From Candidatus Woesearchaeota archaeon (GTDB taxonomy: Archaea > Nanobdellota > Nanobdellia > SCGC-AAA011-G17 > GW2011-AR18), in NCBI GenBank assembly GCA_018302545.1, contig JAGVZM010000002.1, positions 2,198-66,197 on the forward strand: 64,000 nucleotides of DNA. Direction: 5' to 3'. How positions within the stretch are numbered: the first letter of the stretch is position 1; each line of letters begins with the position of its first letter. Shown piece after piece: positions 1 through 9,929 of this stretch. A program made the position numbers and the translations under genes. Under the pieces are notes generated by a model. That model did not search any database. It was not told the DNA's origin and saw only the letters and a program-made list of their open reading frames with translations.

Positions 1-148
1 CTCTCAGCATCTAGTTCAGTATTATAAATAGAACTTCCTACATCATCCACTCTATAACTATCTAATACAAAACCAACATAAGCTCCTGCAAGAAAAATAA
101 AGATAGCTATTAAAAAAGCAGTTAGCAGCATAATTTTTCTAAATACTT

Positions 149-1393
149 TCACCATTTCTTTTCAGCTCCACTAAACTCTAAAATAAAAGCATGCAACCAT
201 TGCATACTTCTAAACAAGGGATATATAAAGATGTAAATAAGGGAAGGTATATAAAACTTCCATTTCTCGCCAACATATTTATGTGCTGCTAAGTATAGAT
301 ATAACCCTAAGAACAAAACAACTAAACTTGGAAAAAGTAAATTCCAGTTTAAATTTAAAATAAATTGAAGGAGTGTAGGAAAATCAAATTCAAGAAAAGC
401 AAGTTTCATTATATAAATCTTAAAAGCTAAATCAAGAAATAAAGTAACTATATGATAACCAAACAGACCAATAGAAAAGAATACACAAAGTAAAACAAAA
501 ACTTCTAAAGGAATTTGAAACATGCCTAATAGACCATAGTTTTTATTTAATATCATTTTTTTGTATTTTAAATTGTTATACATAAATCCTCTAAACCATC
601 TAACTCTCTGCATCCACATTGTTTTTATTTTAGTAGGCACTTGAGTTCTAAAATTGCCATGTTCACACATTACAATCCTATAATCATTATATCTTAGTCT
701 CATAGCAATCTCAAAGTCTTCAGTTAAATTGCCAACATCAAAGCCGCCAATCTTTTTTAAAATACTAGTTCTAAATAAACTAAGTGCATTAGTAATATGT
801 AGAGTATCTGCAGTTCCTAATAATTTCCTAACAAAAGCAGCCATTACATATTCCAAGTTTTGCATCCTAGCAATGAAATTTCCTTTATTCTTGATTAAAG
901 TAATAGCAACAACAGCCGCAACATCAGAATTATTTTTATCATAAAAATATTTAACCATATTTTTTAATAAATTTTTATCAGAAACAGAATCAGCATCATA
1001 AACCCAAAAATATTCTCCAGTTGCTTCCTTGAGAGCAGTATTCAATGCTCCGCCTTTGCCTAAATTTTGATTGTGTTTAATTAGTTTAATTTTAAACTTA
1101 GACTTAGAAATAAAATTATTAAGAACTTTAATAGTATTATCCTTACTTTTATCATCAACAACAATAACCTCTAAATTATTAGTAGGATAATCCTGAGAAA
1201 AAATGGATTTTAAAGTTTGAATAACAGCTTTTTCCTCATTCCAAACAGGAACAGCAACAGTAATATTAGGAAAGGTTTTGAGATCTGGGAGTTTCTTATC
1301 ATAATATTTAGTAGCAAAGTTAAGTATAATCCATAGTATAGCTACAAAAGTAGATATAAATGAGATAATCCAAATATAAATTTCAAATAGCAT
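149..1393 (-). CDS. Family 2 glycosyltransferase (GT-A) with C-terminal transmembrane segments
   Basis: 414-aa ORF. N-terminal TM helix, then a GT2-like core (VAVPVWNEE...VVDDKSKDNT...YDADS DxD-type motif). Hydrophobic C-terminal half, as in membrane-bound processive GT2 enzymes. Confidence 0.65.
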   Translation of the reverse strand: MLFEIYIWIISFISTFVAILWIILNFATKYYDKKLPDLKTFPNITVAVPVWNEEKAVIQTLKSIFSQDYPTNNLEVIVVDDKSKDNTIKVLNNFISKSKFKIKLIKHNQNLGKGGALNTALKEATGEYFWVYDADSVSDKNLLKNMVKYFYDKNNSDVAAVVAITLIKNKGNFIARMQNLEYVMAAFVRKLLGTADTLHITNALSLFRTSILKKIGGFDVGNLTEDFEIAMRLRYNDYRIVMCEHGNFRTQVPTKIKTMWMQRVRWFRGFMYNNLKYKKMILNKNYGLLGMFQIPLEVFVLLCVFFSIGLFGYHIVTLFLDLAFKIYIMKLAFLEFDFPTLLQFILNLNWNLLFPSLVVLFLGLYLYLAAHKYVGEKWKFYIPSLIYIFIYPLFRSMQWLHAFILEFSGAEKKW

Positions 1394-2842
1394 TTATTGA
1401 ACGCTCCTATTAATACTCCACAATCCAACATCATCATTAACAACTAAGGGTATAAAGTAATTACCCCCATAAGTTAACAAAAACATAAATTTTTCATTAT
1501 TGTTATTAAAATATCTTATTTTAGTTTTTTTATCAAACAAAATATAAGTCACATTATAATTATTAAAATAACTTAAAGTTTTATTTAAATCAGTAGAGTT
1601 CATTATGACTTCAAAGTCATTAATTCTCTGGTCTATATCTGAAACATAAAGAGCATTTTCATCTAAAAAAGTTTTCTTGTTAGCATATTTTATAAAATCA
1701 GCATTACGATAGCTTGAAAAAACAACATCTTGATTGTCATGTGATTTCAAAAGCTTAATAGCTTGAAAATAGTTTTGATCAGGAGAAAAATTAGGAAGTT
1801 CATTATAATAAACTAAAAATGAAAATAAAATACCACAAATCAATACTAACAAAGTCATAAATTTAAATATGCCAGATTTCCAATTGTGTTTAAATAACAT
1901 GGAAAAAGCTAAAGCTGCAAAAAAAGCCATTAAAAAGGAGAGATAAAACAAGATATAATGATTATAAAAAGCAAATAACAACAAAAAGAACAAAACAAGA
2001 TAAATAAAAATAAATCTATAAAATCTATTATAGTAAAAATAAATTCCGATCAAAGCTAAAACAAAAATGAAAAGACTAAACCCATATTTTCCGCCAAATT
2101 CAAATATGATAAAAGAGATTAAGTTTACAAAGGAGAATTCTCTTAAACCCAACAAAAAGTCAGGAGGTAAACCAATAAATAAAAGTCTATAAAATTGTAG
2201 AATAAAAGAAATTAAAAAAAAAGTTAATAGTAAAGAAAATTCCTTATAACTCTTCTTTGTATAAGCATAAAAAAGAAAACTAAGTAAAACAAGGAATAAT
2301 CCAAATATAGAAAAGAAACCACTAAGTAAAAAAGATAAATAACTTAAAATTTTTTTGTCAGTTTTAAATAAATAAAAGCCTAAAATAATAAAAAAAACAG
2401 AAGCAAGATACTTAGTAGATACAGAAAAAAAATATAAAAAAGTAGGAGAGACAATTAAAATTAAAGATGCCATAAACTTTAATTCTGGCTTTACTTTATC
2501 TACTAAAAGATAAAATAAAACAAATGACAAAATACCTAAGAAAAAAGGTAAAATCCTGACTAAAAGTCCTGGACTAAAGCTAATTAGATAATACCAACCA
2601 AATTCTTCTAAGTTGACTCTGCCCCCATAACTAAGTTCATCAAAATTATTAATAGCATTTAAATTAGAGTAATCAGCCAGTCTTAAACTATTATAACTAT
2701 CCCCATCTAGAAGCAATCCATTTGTAGAGTAAAACCTAATATAATGAGATAAGCCTAGTAAAAATATACATAAAACAAGGAGGATCCAAAAATACTTCCT
2801 AGCAGTGAACAAAGTAATACCTCCCTTCTCTAAAAGATTCAA
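1394..2842 (-). CDS. Polytopic membrane protein, possibly a GT-C-like glycosyltransferase
   Basis: 482-aa ORF with more than 10 predicted TM helices. Shares a short SYGG-containing segment with the adjacent 2799..4307 membrane ORF (possibly a tandem paralog). Immediately downstream of the GT2 gene. Confidence 0.4.
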   Translation of the reverse strand: MNLLEKGGITLFTARKYFWILLVLCIFLLGLSHYIRFYSTNGLLLDGDSYNSLRLADYSNLNAINNFDELSYGGRVNLEEFGWYYLISFSPGLLVRILPFFLGILSFVLFYLLVDKVKPELKFMASLILIVSPTFLYFFSVSTKYLASVFFIILGFYLFKTDKKILSYLSFLLSGFFSIFGLFLVLLSFLFYAYTKKSYKEFSLLLTFFLISFILQFYRLLFIGLPPDFLLGLREFSFVNLISFIIFEFGGKYGFSLFIFVLALIGIYFYYNRFYRFIFIYLVLFFLLLFAFYNHYILFYLSFLMAFFAALAFSMLFKHNWKSGIFKFMTLLVLICGILFSFLVYYNELPNFSPDQNYFQAIKLLKSHDNQDVVFSSYRNADFIKYANKKTFLDENALYVSDIDQRINDFEVIMNSTDLNKTLSYFNNYNVTYILFDKKTKIRYFNNNNEKFMFLLTYGGNYFIPLVVNDDVGLWSINRSVQ

Positions 2843-4307
2843 AACAGAGGTTATTCTTAGTATAACTCAAACCATTTATACCATAGAATTCTTTGGTTTC
2901 ATCAGAAACATAAATAAAATTAATATTATACTTCCTCAATAAATCTAAAGCTAATGCTTCACTAGGAGTAGTATAAATAAGTTCTATATCCCTATATCTA
3001 ACAACTGGATCAGGAGCAACTGCAAAATTAGTGTCTATCACATTTTTCCTCATGCCATAATAATTTATTAGATTACCCTCTTCAAAATTTCCCAAGATAA
3101 CATGCTCAGGTAGAGTATTAATACTTAACCACTTAATTTGCTTTACTTTATTATCTGTTAATTGTCGAGAATTATTAGCAGAATCATAAGAAGGAATAAA
3201 AGATAAAAAAATAAAAGAGAATATTAAAACAACTACGAATACTGTTCTCAATCTAATAAACTTAAAATTACTAAAATAGTCATAAACCAAAGTAAAAGTA
3301 GAAGAAGAAAACACACATAGAACTAAACCTAAAAAAATTAAACCAATAGATATTGATAAAAATCTAAAAAAAAGCAATATTAAAACTGAAAGACCAAAAG
3401 AAGCAAGTAAATAAGCAAGTTTCTTCTTTTCTCTTATAACACTAACATAAACCCCAAAAGCTCCCAAAACTAGAGGTAAAAGACCCAATCCAAAGATTAA
3501 ATCTGTAGAGGAAAATTGTCTAAAGAGATCATTAAAAATATTAGAAGGGATATTATTCCAGAGCAAGCCTAATCCATGTTGCAAAATCATTTTTTTATAT
3601 ATTAAAAGTTGTAATAATAAGATTAGAAAAGAAGAGAAGAAAATTGCTTCCTTTTTAATCCTAGTGGAAGATAAAGCTCCTCCAGATAATAAAAAAAGAT
3701 ACAAAAAACCCATAAAAACAAATAGTAGAGAAGAAGGATGTAATAAAGGCAACAAAAAGGAACCTAGAACAAAAAACCAAAGATATTTCTTATCATCCAA
3801 TCTAGTCAAACTATATACCATAAGTAATAAAAGTGGCAGAATAAATGTGTAAATAGAAAGATTATTTAGAGTTTCATAAAATATTAAAGGATAAAACCCA
3901 AAAAGCAAAGAAGAGAATAAAGCACCAAAAGAATTACCGCTTATATCTTTAGATACTAAATAAACCACAAAAACAGTTAAAGAAATTGCTAACTCAGGAA
4001 TCAACTTCAACATAAAAACAGAACCAAAACTAAATAACGCCATTAAAATATGAAATAAATGAGGATAGATTACATCAATACCACCATAACTCAAAGGATC
4101 ATAAATCATTACAGTTCCTTTTTCTAATATGTGTTCAATATACTTCAAGTGAAAATAAGCATCATCGGTATTGAAATATTCTACCTGAAAAGCAAAGTAC
4201 ATTCTAAATGCTAAAATAAATAAAAAGATAAGTAAAAGTAAAATATGTTCAACTTTTATCTTCTTCATTAGTTTTCTCCCCAGAGGATATATTTTCACTA
4301 TTAACAT
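2799..4307 (-). CDS. Polytopic membrane protein (paralog-like of 1394..2842; putative GT-C family)
   Basis: 502-aa ORF with many TM helices and a soluble C-terminal domain. SYGG motif near the N-terminus. The true start may be the internal Met (MKKIKVEH). Confidence 0.4.
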   Translation of the reverse strand: MLIVKIYPLGRKLMKKIKVEHILLLLIFLFILAFRMYFAFQVEYFNTDDAYFHLKYIEHILEKGTVMIYDPLSYGGIDVIYPHLFHILMALFSFGSVFMLKLIPELAISLTVFVVYLVSKDISGNSFGALFSSLLFGFYPLIFYETLNNLSIYTFILPLLLLMVYSLTRLDDKKYLWFFVLGSFLLPLLHPSSLLFVFMGFLYLFLLSGGALSSTRIKKEAIFFSSFLILLLQLLIYKKMILQHGLGLLWNNIPSNIFNDLFRQFSSTDLIFGLGLLPLVLGAFGVYVSVIREKKKLAYLLASFGLSVLILLFFRFLSISIGLIFLGLVLCVFSSSTFTLVYDYFSNFKFIRLRTVFVVVLIFSFIFLSFIPSYDSANNSRQLTDNKVKQIKWLSINTLPEHVILGNFEEGNLINYYGMRKNVIDTNFAVAPDPVVRYRDIELIYTTPSEALALDLLRKYNINFIYVSDETKEFYGINGLSYTKNNLCFESFREGRYYFVHC

Positions 4308-4812
4308 TTTCTGTTTTTTCTTCCAATACTTTATCCATTTTAATTTTTAATTGATTTTCAACTATGTCAAAATAATCAAAAAATTTGCTAGTTAATTTAA
4401 TTATTTTAGATCTACCAAAAGGTTCAGAAACAATAAAGTCTAATTCTTTCAAAAGTTTTATATGATCATAAGCTCCATTTCCCCTTATTTTTATTATTTC
4501 GCTTTGTAATGCTGGATTCTTATATGCAATAACTGCTAAAGTCTCTTGTGTAGCCCCATCAAATTCAGCTTCTTGTAATAATGATTGAGTCAGGTGAAGA
4601 TATTCTTTTCTTATATTCAATTTCCATTTATCTACCTGTTGGGTTATCTCCAAGGAACAATTCTTATTTTTGTAATCTTTCACTAATTCAAACAAAACTT
4701 CTTTCAAATAACCAACACTAGCAATTCCAGTCATCTTACTAATCTCATCTAATCCTATAAATCTACCAGTAGTAAACAAGATAGCCTCTACTTTATTTTT
4801 ATCTTCCTGCAT
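4249..4812 (-). CDS. scpB: Segregation and condensation protein B (ScpB)-like
   Basis: 187 aa. N-terminal EAILFTTGRFIGLDEISKMTG winged-helix signature typical of ScpB. Acidic C-terminal tail. Confidence 0.55.
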   Translation of the reverse strand: MQEDKNKVEAILFTTGRFIGLDEISKMTGIASVGYLKEVLFELVKDYKNKNCSLEITQQVDKWKLNIRKEYLHLTQSLLQEAEFDGATQETLAVIAYKNPALQSEIIKIRGNGAYDHIKLLKELDFIVSEPFGRSKIIKLTSKFFDYFDIVENQLKIKMDKVLEEKTENVNSENISSGEKTNEEDKS

Positions 4813-4859
4813 GAGAGAAATAAAAACAATTTAATTTAAAAGACTTACGTAAGGTAAAT

Positions 4860-5255
4860 CTACCTAAAAGAATTAGGAGAACAAACTCTAAAGACAACAC
4901 CCTCCTCTCCAACAGACCTAACAAAGATATTAATTCCATTAATATTTTCAACACTATTAACATCTATATTCCCTAAAACCCCATTAATACCAAATGTAAC
5001 AACATCTGAAGTAAAGTCCTGCAAAATTATTGTTCTACCAACATTAGGAGCATTTAATGCAGAATTTCTTAAATTAGATCTAAAATCAACCCCATCACAA
5101 AGTTCAAAATCACTAGAATTGTTTTCACTTCCAACATCCTTAACAACATTTCCTGTAATAAGATCTCCACTTAAAATTTTATTTCCATAGAACCCTATAC
5201 TAAAAACTAATAAAACAATTACAATTCCAAAAACAGACCAAACCACTTTTTGCAT
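4860..5255 (-). CDS. Hypothetical secreted or membrane-anchored protein
   Basis: 131 aa with an N-terminal hydrophobic helix (VVWSVFGIVIVLLVFSIGF). No recognisable domain. Confidence 0.3.
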   Translation of the reverse strand: MQKVVWSVFGIVIVLLVFSIGFYGNKILSGDLITGNVVKDVGSENNSSDFELCDGVDFRSNLRNSALNAPNVGRTIILQDFTSDVVTFGINGVLGNIDVNSVENINGINIFVRSVGEEGVVFRVCSPNSFR

Positions 5256-5291
5256 ATTAAGAATAAACCTAATATAAATATATAAAATTAT

Positions 5292-6389
5292 CTAAAGTTC
5301 AACAGAATACCTTAGTATAGCTGCAACACCACCAAGTTCTTTTAATTGGGATCCTTCTTTAGTATCAAGACTAATAATAAATACATTAGTTCCCGTTTCA
5401 TTAGCTTTTTCTTCATATTCCTCAAGTTTAGAAAAACTCTCACTTAATAATAACTTATCAACTGCCCCATATTCTAAAGATTTTAAAACATCGGCAGGAC
5501 CATAAACCGCCTTATCTGAATTTTTAGATATTAGGGTAAAAAATTCATTAACAATCTTTTTTTCCTTTACAACTTCAGCTTCAGATAAAACATCCTGAGA
5601 TCTTTCAACTAATTCATTTAAACCTTCTTCATCAGTATAAGAGATATCCTTAATTGCTAAAACTTTCTTTCTTAATTCAGCATGAAGATGATTAGAATTA
5701 AAAAAAGTTTCTTTTGTTGGACCCGGACCACCTATTAATATACCCTTAAGATCCTTCCCTATTGCAGCAAATTCAATATTCGCAACATCAGAAACTCTCT
5801 TATAAAACTCATTAGCTGCCTCTTCTCTCAATCTTGCATACCTTTGTTGGGACCAGCCACCAACTTTCAATTTTCCAGGAACAGTAGAACTAAAATCTCT
5901 AATTACTTGTATGCTTTTCCCTTTTAATAAACCAAGTGTAGCTTCTCTATTATCCAAAACAAGCAATCCGTATATTTCATTTATTTGAATCATAGAATCC
6001 AAAGGATCTAAAATAAAAGTTTGATCACATCTATACATCCTAATGTTAACAGGAACAGGAGGCTCAACACTCCAGACTTGTATATCTTGTTTTCCTTCCT
6101 GCTCTGAAACATTACCAGAAAAAGCAGCCAATCCATTAGAAGGAGTAACCTTAAATAATCTCAAATGTCTTATCATCCTTTCTAAAGCATCTTGTACATT
6201 CTGTCTAGTAGTCTTGTCTTTTATATTAGAAGCAGTTCCTTGTTCCTGTGCCAAATGTTGAATTATTTTATTAAGATCATATCCTATAGGAATATAAACT
6301 GTAATAAGCTCAGTATGTCTAGCTCTATATTTTTTAAGTTCATTAACAAATTTCCTTAATTTAAATTGATTTTTTGTGTCCATATTCAA
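5292..6389 (-). CDS. prf1: Peptide chain release factor aRF1 (eRF1 family) homolog with atypical GGW in place of GGQ
   Basis: 365 aa. Domain 1 has GTASNIKD (NIKS-like) and YRCDQTF (YxCxxxF). Domain 2 has KVGGWSQQRYARLR aligned to the eRF1 GGQ loop (RGGQSALRFARLR). Read directly from the DNA. Confidence 0.75.
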   Translation of the reverse strand: MNMDTKNQFKLRKFVNELKKYRARHTELITVYIPIGYDLNKIIQHLAQEQGTASNIKDKTTRQNVQDALERMIRHLRLFKVTPSNGLAAFSGNVSEQEGKQDIQVWSVEPPVPVNIRMYRCDQTFILDPLDSMIQINEIYGLLVLDNREATLGLLKGKSIQVIRDFSSTVPGKLKVGGWSQQRYARLREEAANEFYKRVSDVANIEFAAIGKDLKGILIGGPGPTKETFFNSNHLHAELRKKVLAIKDISYTDEEGLNELVERSQDVLSEAEVVKEKKIVNEFFTLISKNSDKAVYGPADVLKSLEYGAVDKLLLSESFSKLEEYEEKANETGTNVFIISLDTKEGSQLKELGGVAAILRYSVEL

Positions 6390-6403
6390 ACCCGAATTAA
6401 TTG

Positions 6404-8788
6404 CTAAAACTCTATTTTAAGTTCCTTTCCATATTTTATTTCTTTGGCTTGCGTAACTGCCTTTAAGTCTTTATCTAATAATTTAAGACTTGTATAACAA
6501 TTCAAAAGTTTTAAAGGTTCCTTTAAAGATTTACCTTTAGAAGACTTCTCCTTCCTAACAAAACTAACTACTTCTACAAATTCATTCCCAATTTTCTCAG
6601 ATTTCTTATCAACTAAATTTTTATCAAAAATAGGCCAGGTACTAATATGCAAACTTTTATCCTTCTCTTTATCCTTAAATATGTCTTGATATAACTGTTC
6701 TGTAATGTAAGGCATAATAGGAGCAAATAATTTTAAGATATTAAGTAAGCAAGTATATAAAGTAAATAAAGAACTATCACGTTCTTTACTCTTACCTTCA
6801 CTATAAATCCTATATTTAACAAACTCTAAGTAATTATCACAAAAATCTTTCCAAAAGAATATATCAATCGCAGCTTTAGCTTTACTATATTCATAAACTT
6901 CAAATGCTTGAGTGCAAATTTGAATAGTATTATTCAATTTATTCAAGATCCATTTATCTATAATTTCTAACTCAACTTTTTTCAATTTGTAATTATCCAA
7001 ATGTTGTCTTGCAAAATTAAAAGAGTTCCATAATTTAGTAACTGTTCTTTGTCCAGTACTCAATTCCTTCTCCAAGTATCTCAAATCATCTCCTAATTTA
7101 GAACCTGCTGCCCAAAATCTTAAAGCATCTGCACCGTATTTATCTAAAACTTCTGCAGGTTCTATAGCATTACCTTTACTCTTGTGCATAGCTTGCCCTT
7201 TAGGATCCAAAACATGCCCAGAAATAACTATATCTTTCCAAGGAAGTTTGTTATGATGATATAAACCTTTAACAATTGTATAAAAAGCCCAGGTTCTTAT
7301 TATATCATGTGCCTGAGGTCTTAAACTACAAGGATACATTTTATCAAAATCAAAATCATAAACATTATCCTTTACCCAATTTAAAATAATTTGAGGAGTT
7401 ACACTAGATGTAGCCCAAGTATCCATTACATCCTTTTCTGCTTCAAATTCATTATTACCACATTTACATTTAGTCTTAGGCTTATCATTTAAAGGATCAA
7501 CAGGAAGTTGTTTTTCATCAGCAATAATAACTTCAGAACAGTTCTTACAATACCAAACCGGAAAAGGAACTCCAAAATGTCTCTGCCTAGATATACACCA
7601 GTCCCATTGCAAACCTTGAATCCAATGCTCATATCTTAACCTCATAAATTGGGGATACCAATTTATTTTTTTACCTTCATCAATAAACTTCTTTTTATTA
7701 TCCAAAACTTTAATGAACCATTGTTTTGTACTTAAGAATTCTATTTCTGTTCCGCATCTTTCATGTACATTAACAACTTGTTTAAGAGGTTCTTGTTTAA
7801 CTAAAACTCCTGCCTCTTTCCAATCTTCTAAAACTAGTTCTCTAGCCTCTTTTACACTCATACCTTTATACTTTCCTGCTTTATCATTCAATTTTCCATC
7901 TTTATCAAGGATATGTATAACCTCTAATTCTGGATGTTTCCTTACAAATTGAAGATCATGAATATCTCCATAAGGACACCAATATACTGCACCTGTTCCA
8001 AATTCAATTTTAGAGAAGTCATCAGCTATTATTGGAACCTGAATATTACTAATAGGAATTGTTGCTTTCTTACCAATTAAATTCTTATATCTTTTATCCT
8101 CTGGATGAACAGAAATAGCAATACAAGCCATCATAAGTTCAGGCCTTGTAGTAGCAAAAGTTATGTTGCTTCCCCCCTCAACTTCAACTTTTACATAATT
8201 TAATTTAGATTCTCTTTCTTTGTCTTCCAAATCAGCTTGAGCTATAGCTGTTTGACAATGAACACACCACATAGTAGCGTCCTCACTTTGATAAACTAAT
8301 TTTTTCTTGAATAGATCAATGAAAGATTTTTGAGAAGTCCTTATGCAATGCTCATCTATCGTAGAATAAGTTTTAGAAAAATCACAGCTCATACCCACTA
8401 ATTTCCAATCATTAATAAAATCAGGTTTAATTTCCTCAATAGTCTTTTCACATAATTCTACAAATTCATGTCTACTCATTTTTGTAGACCTAACGTTCTT
8501 TAATTTCTCAACTAATTTCTCTGTAGGTAAACCATTATCATCTGTACCAAAAGGAAAAAAAACATTATCTCCTTTCATTCTATGATATCTAACAACAATA
8601 TCTTGTTGTGTATAACTAAAAGCATGTCCTAAATGCATCTTACCAGATACAGTAGGAGGAGGAGTATCTACAACATAAGGTTTAGCTTTAGATTTTTTAT
8701 TAAATACATAAACCTTTTCTTTTTCCCAAAATTCTCTCCATTTCTTTTCTACATCCTTAAAAACATATTTATTGTTACTATTCATTTT
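6404..8788 (-). CDS. valS: Valine--tRNA ligase
   Basis: Class I aaRS. PPPTVSGKMHLGHAFSY (HIGH) motif and MHKSKGN (KMSKS) motif. About 795 aa from the likely start MNSNNKYVF. The ORF track extends to 8866, but those extra 26 codons look non-native. Confidence 0.85.
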   Translation of the reverse strand, partial: KMNSNNKYVFKDVEKKWREFWEKEKVYVFNKKSKAKPYVVDTPPPTVSGKMHLGHAFSYTQQDIVVRYHRMKGDNVFFPFGTDDNGLPTEKLVEKLKNVRSTKMSRHEFVELCEKTIEEIKPDFINDWKLVGMSCDFSKTYSTIDEHCIRTSQKSFIDLFKKKLVYQSEDATMWCVHCQTAIAQADLEDKERESKLNYVKVEVEGGSNITFATTRPELMMACIAISVHPEDKRYKNLIGKKATIPISNIQVPIIADDFSKIEFGTGAVYWCPYGDIHDLQFVRKHPELEVIHILDKDGKLNDKAGKYKGMSVKEARELVLEDWKEAGVLVKQEPLKQVVNVHERCGTEIEFLSTKQWFIKVLDNKKKFIDEGKKINWYPQFMRLRYEHWIQGLQWDWCISRQRHFGVPFPVWYCKNCSEVIIADEKQLPVDPLNDKPKTKCKCGNNEFEAEKDVMDTWATSSVTPQIILNWVKDNVYDFDFDKMYPCSLRPQAHDIIRTWAFYTIVKGLYHHNKLPWKDIVISGHVLDPKGQAMHKSKGNAIEPAEVLDKYGADALRFWAAGSKLGDDLRYLEKELSTGQRTVTKLWNSFNFARQHLDNYKLKKVELEIIDKWILNKLNNTIQICTQAFEVYEYSKAKAAIDIFFWKDFCDNYLEFVKYRIYSEGKSKERDSSLFTLYTCLLNILKLFAPIMPYITEQLYQDIFKDKEKDKSLHISTWPIFDKNLVDKKSEKIGNEFVEVVSFVRKEKSSKGKSLKEPLKLLNCYTSLKLLDKDLKAVTQAKEIKYGKELKIEF

Positions 8789-9011
8789 ATCAACTCCAAA
8801 TAAGATGGTATATAAAATATAATGTAAATGCAATAGCCTAAAGGCTATGCCACCACTACAGAACAAACTAATAAAAACAATACAACACTGAAATTATTGT
8901 TTCTAATCATAAAAAAAAGATAATTAAAAGATATTAAAACCTTTCGATTGAAAACATTTTTAGATTTTAAATAAAAAAGACATAAAAAACTATAATGAAA
9001 AACAGCAAAAA

Positions 9012-9020
9012 CTTTAATAA
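9012..9020 (+). promoter_or_regulatory. TATA-like box (CTTTAATAA) 25 nt upstream of the tRNA-Phe 5' end
   Basis: AT-rich TATA-like octamer ending 25 nt before the mature tRNA 5' end. The other three tRNAs in this window show the same spacing. Confidence 0.4.
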
Positions 9021-9045
9021 GAGTAATTTAATCAAAAACAATATT

Positions 9046-9169
9046 GGGCCTGTAGCTTAACCTGGGAAAGTACACGACTGAAGCTCGTGTTATTGTGACT
9101 GATTAACAGGAATTGTTAGTTGGCAATAAGGTTCAAATGAGCTTGTCTCTGAAATTCCCACCGGGCCCA
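9046..9169 (+). tRNA. tRNA-Phe(GAA) with two apparent non-canonical introns in the T arm
   Basis: Acceptor GGGCCTG/CGGGCCC. D arm GCTT-AACCTGGGA-AAGT. Anticodon arm CACGA-CTGAAGC-TCGTG. A 32-nt insertion (9098..9129) inside the 5' T-stem strand and an 18-nt insertion (9139..9156) after the T loop. Removing both gives GTGGG-TTCAAAT-CCCAC and a perfect 74-nt cloverleaf. Intron boundaries can slide by 1-2 nt. Confidence 0.7.
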
Positions 9170-9329
9170 GATTTTAATTTAAATCCAAAAATAAGATAAA
9201 ATACTTATATCCTACAAAAACATGAGGGTATCTCAACTTGCATTTAATTGTGAATATACTAGAAAGAATTCGGGAATATGGTGCAAATAAAAGAATAATC
9301 AAACTTAAAAAGAAATCAAAATCTAAAAA

Positions 9330-9890
9330 ATGATGAAACATATAACTAACTTTATCTATGAATTAGGACAATTAAAAAGAATAAAACATGAGGGTTGGAG
9401 ATTGATAGGTGTTGAAAACCCTGAATCTGTAGCAGACCATACAACAAGAGCAGCACAAATTGCATTCATATTAGCAAATTTAGAAAATTACAAAAATCCC
9501 TATGAAGTTTGTACTCTAGTAGTTTTTCATGATATTGGAGAAACAAGAGTTGGAGACATACATAAAGTAGCAAATAGTTATATTAAAGTTGAAGAAGAAA
9601 AAGCAGTTGAAGATCAAACAAGTAAATTAAATGAAATTGGAAAAGAAATTTTAAAGATTTGGAAGGAATCAGAAAATAGAAATACTCTAGCAGGAGAGAT
9701 AGCAAGGGACGCAGATTTATTAGAACAGGCATTTACAGCAAAAGAATTAATAGAAATAGGCCACGAAAAAGCACAAGATTGGATAAATAACGTCACAAAA
9801 GCACTAAAAACTGAATCAGCAAAAAGATTACTTAAAGAACTACAAGAAATTAATTCCACAGATTGGTTCGATGGATTAAAAAAATTATGA
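9330..9890 (+). CDS. HD-domain phosphohydrolase (YfbR-like 5'-deoxynucleotidase family)
   Basis: 186 aa with H..DH (VADHTTR) and HDIGE...D motifs characteristic of HD hydrolases. Confidence 0.7.
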   Translation: MMKHITNFIYELGQLKRIKHEGWRLIGVENPESVADHTTRAAQIAFILANLENYKNPYEVCTLVVFHDIGETRVGDIHKVANSYIKVEEEKAVEDQTSKLNEIGKEILKIWKESENRNTLAGEIARDADLLEQAFTAKELIEIGHEKAQDWINNVTKALKTESAKRLLKELQEINSTDWFDGLKKL

Positions 9891-9929
9891 ATAAAAAACT
9901 TTAAATATAATTCAAAACTAAAATTAAGT

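Noticed and set aside
5292-6389. Stop-codon reassignment suggested by the NIKD and GGW variants in the release factor
   Set aside because: TAA, TAG and TGA each terminate conserved genes in this window (rpl39e and lysS with TAA, the PDCD5-like gene with TAG, rps19e with TGA), and protein lengths match orthologs. Standard code therefore applies.
7713-7952. 79-aa plus-strand ORF inside valS
   Set aside because: It is antisense to a conserved class I aaRS gene, with no motif. Spurious.
9046-9169. Single-intron or intron-less models for the tRNA-Phe locus
   Set aside because: No single contiguous deletion retains both the GG-TTCAAAT T loop and a 5' T-stem strand complementary to CCCAC. Two separate insertions are required.
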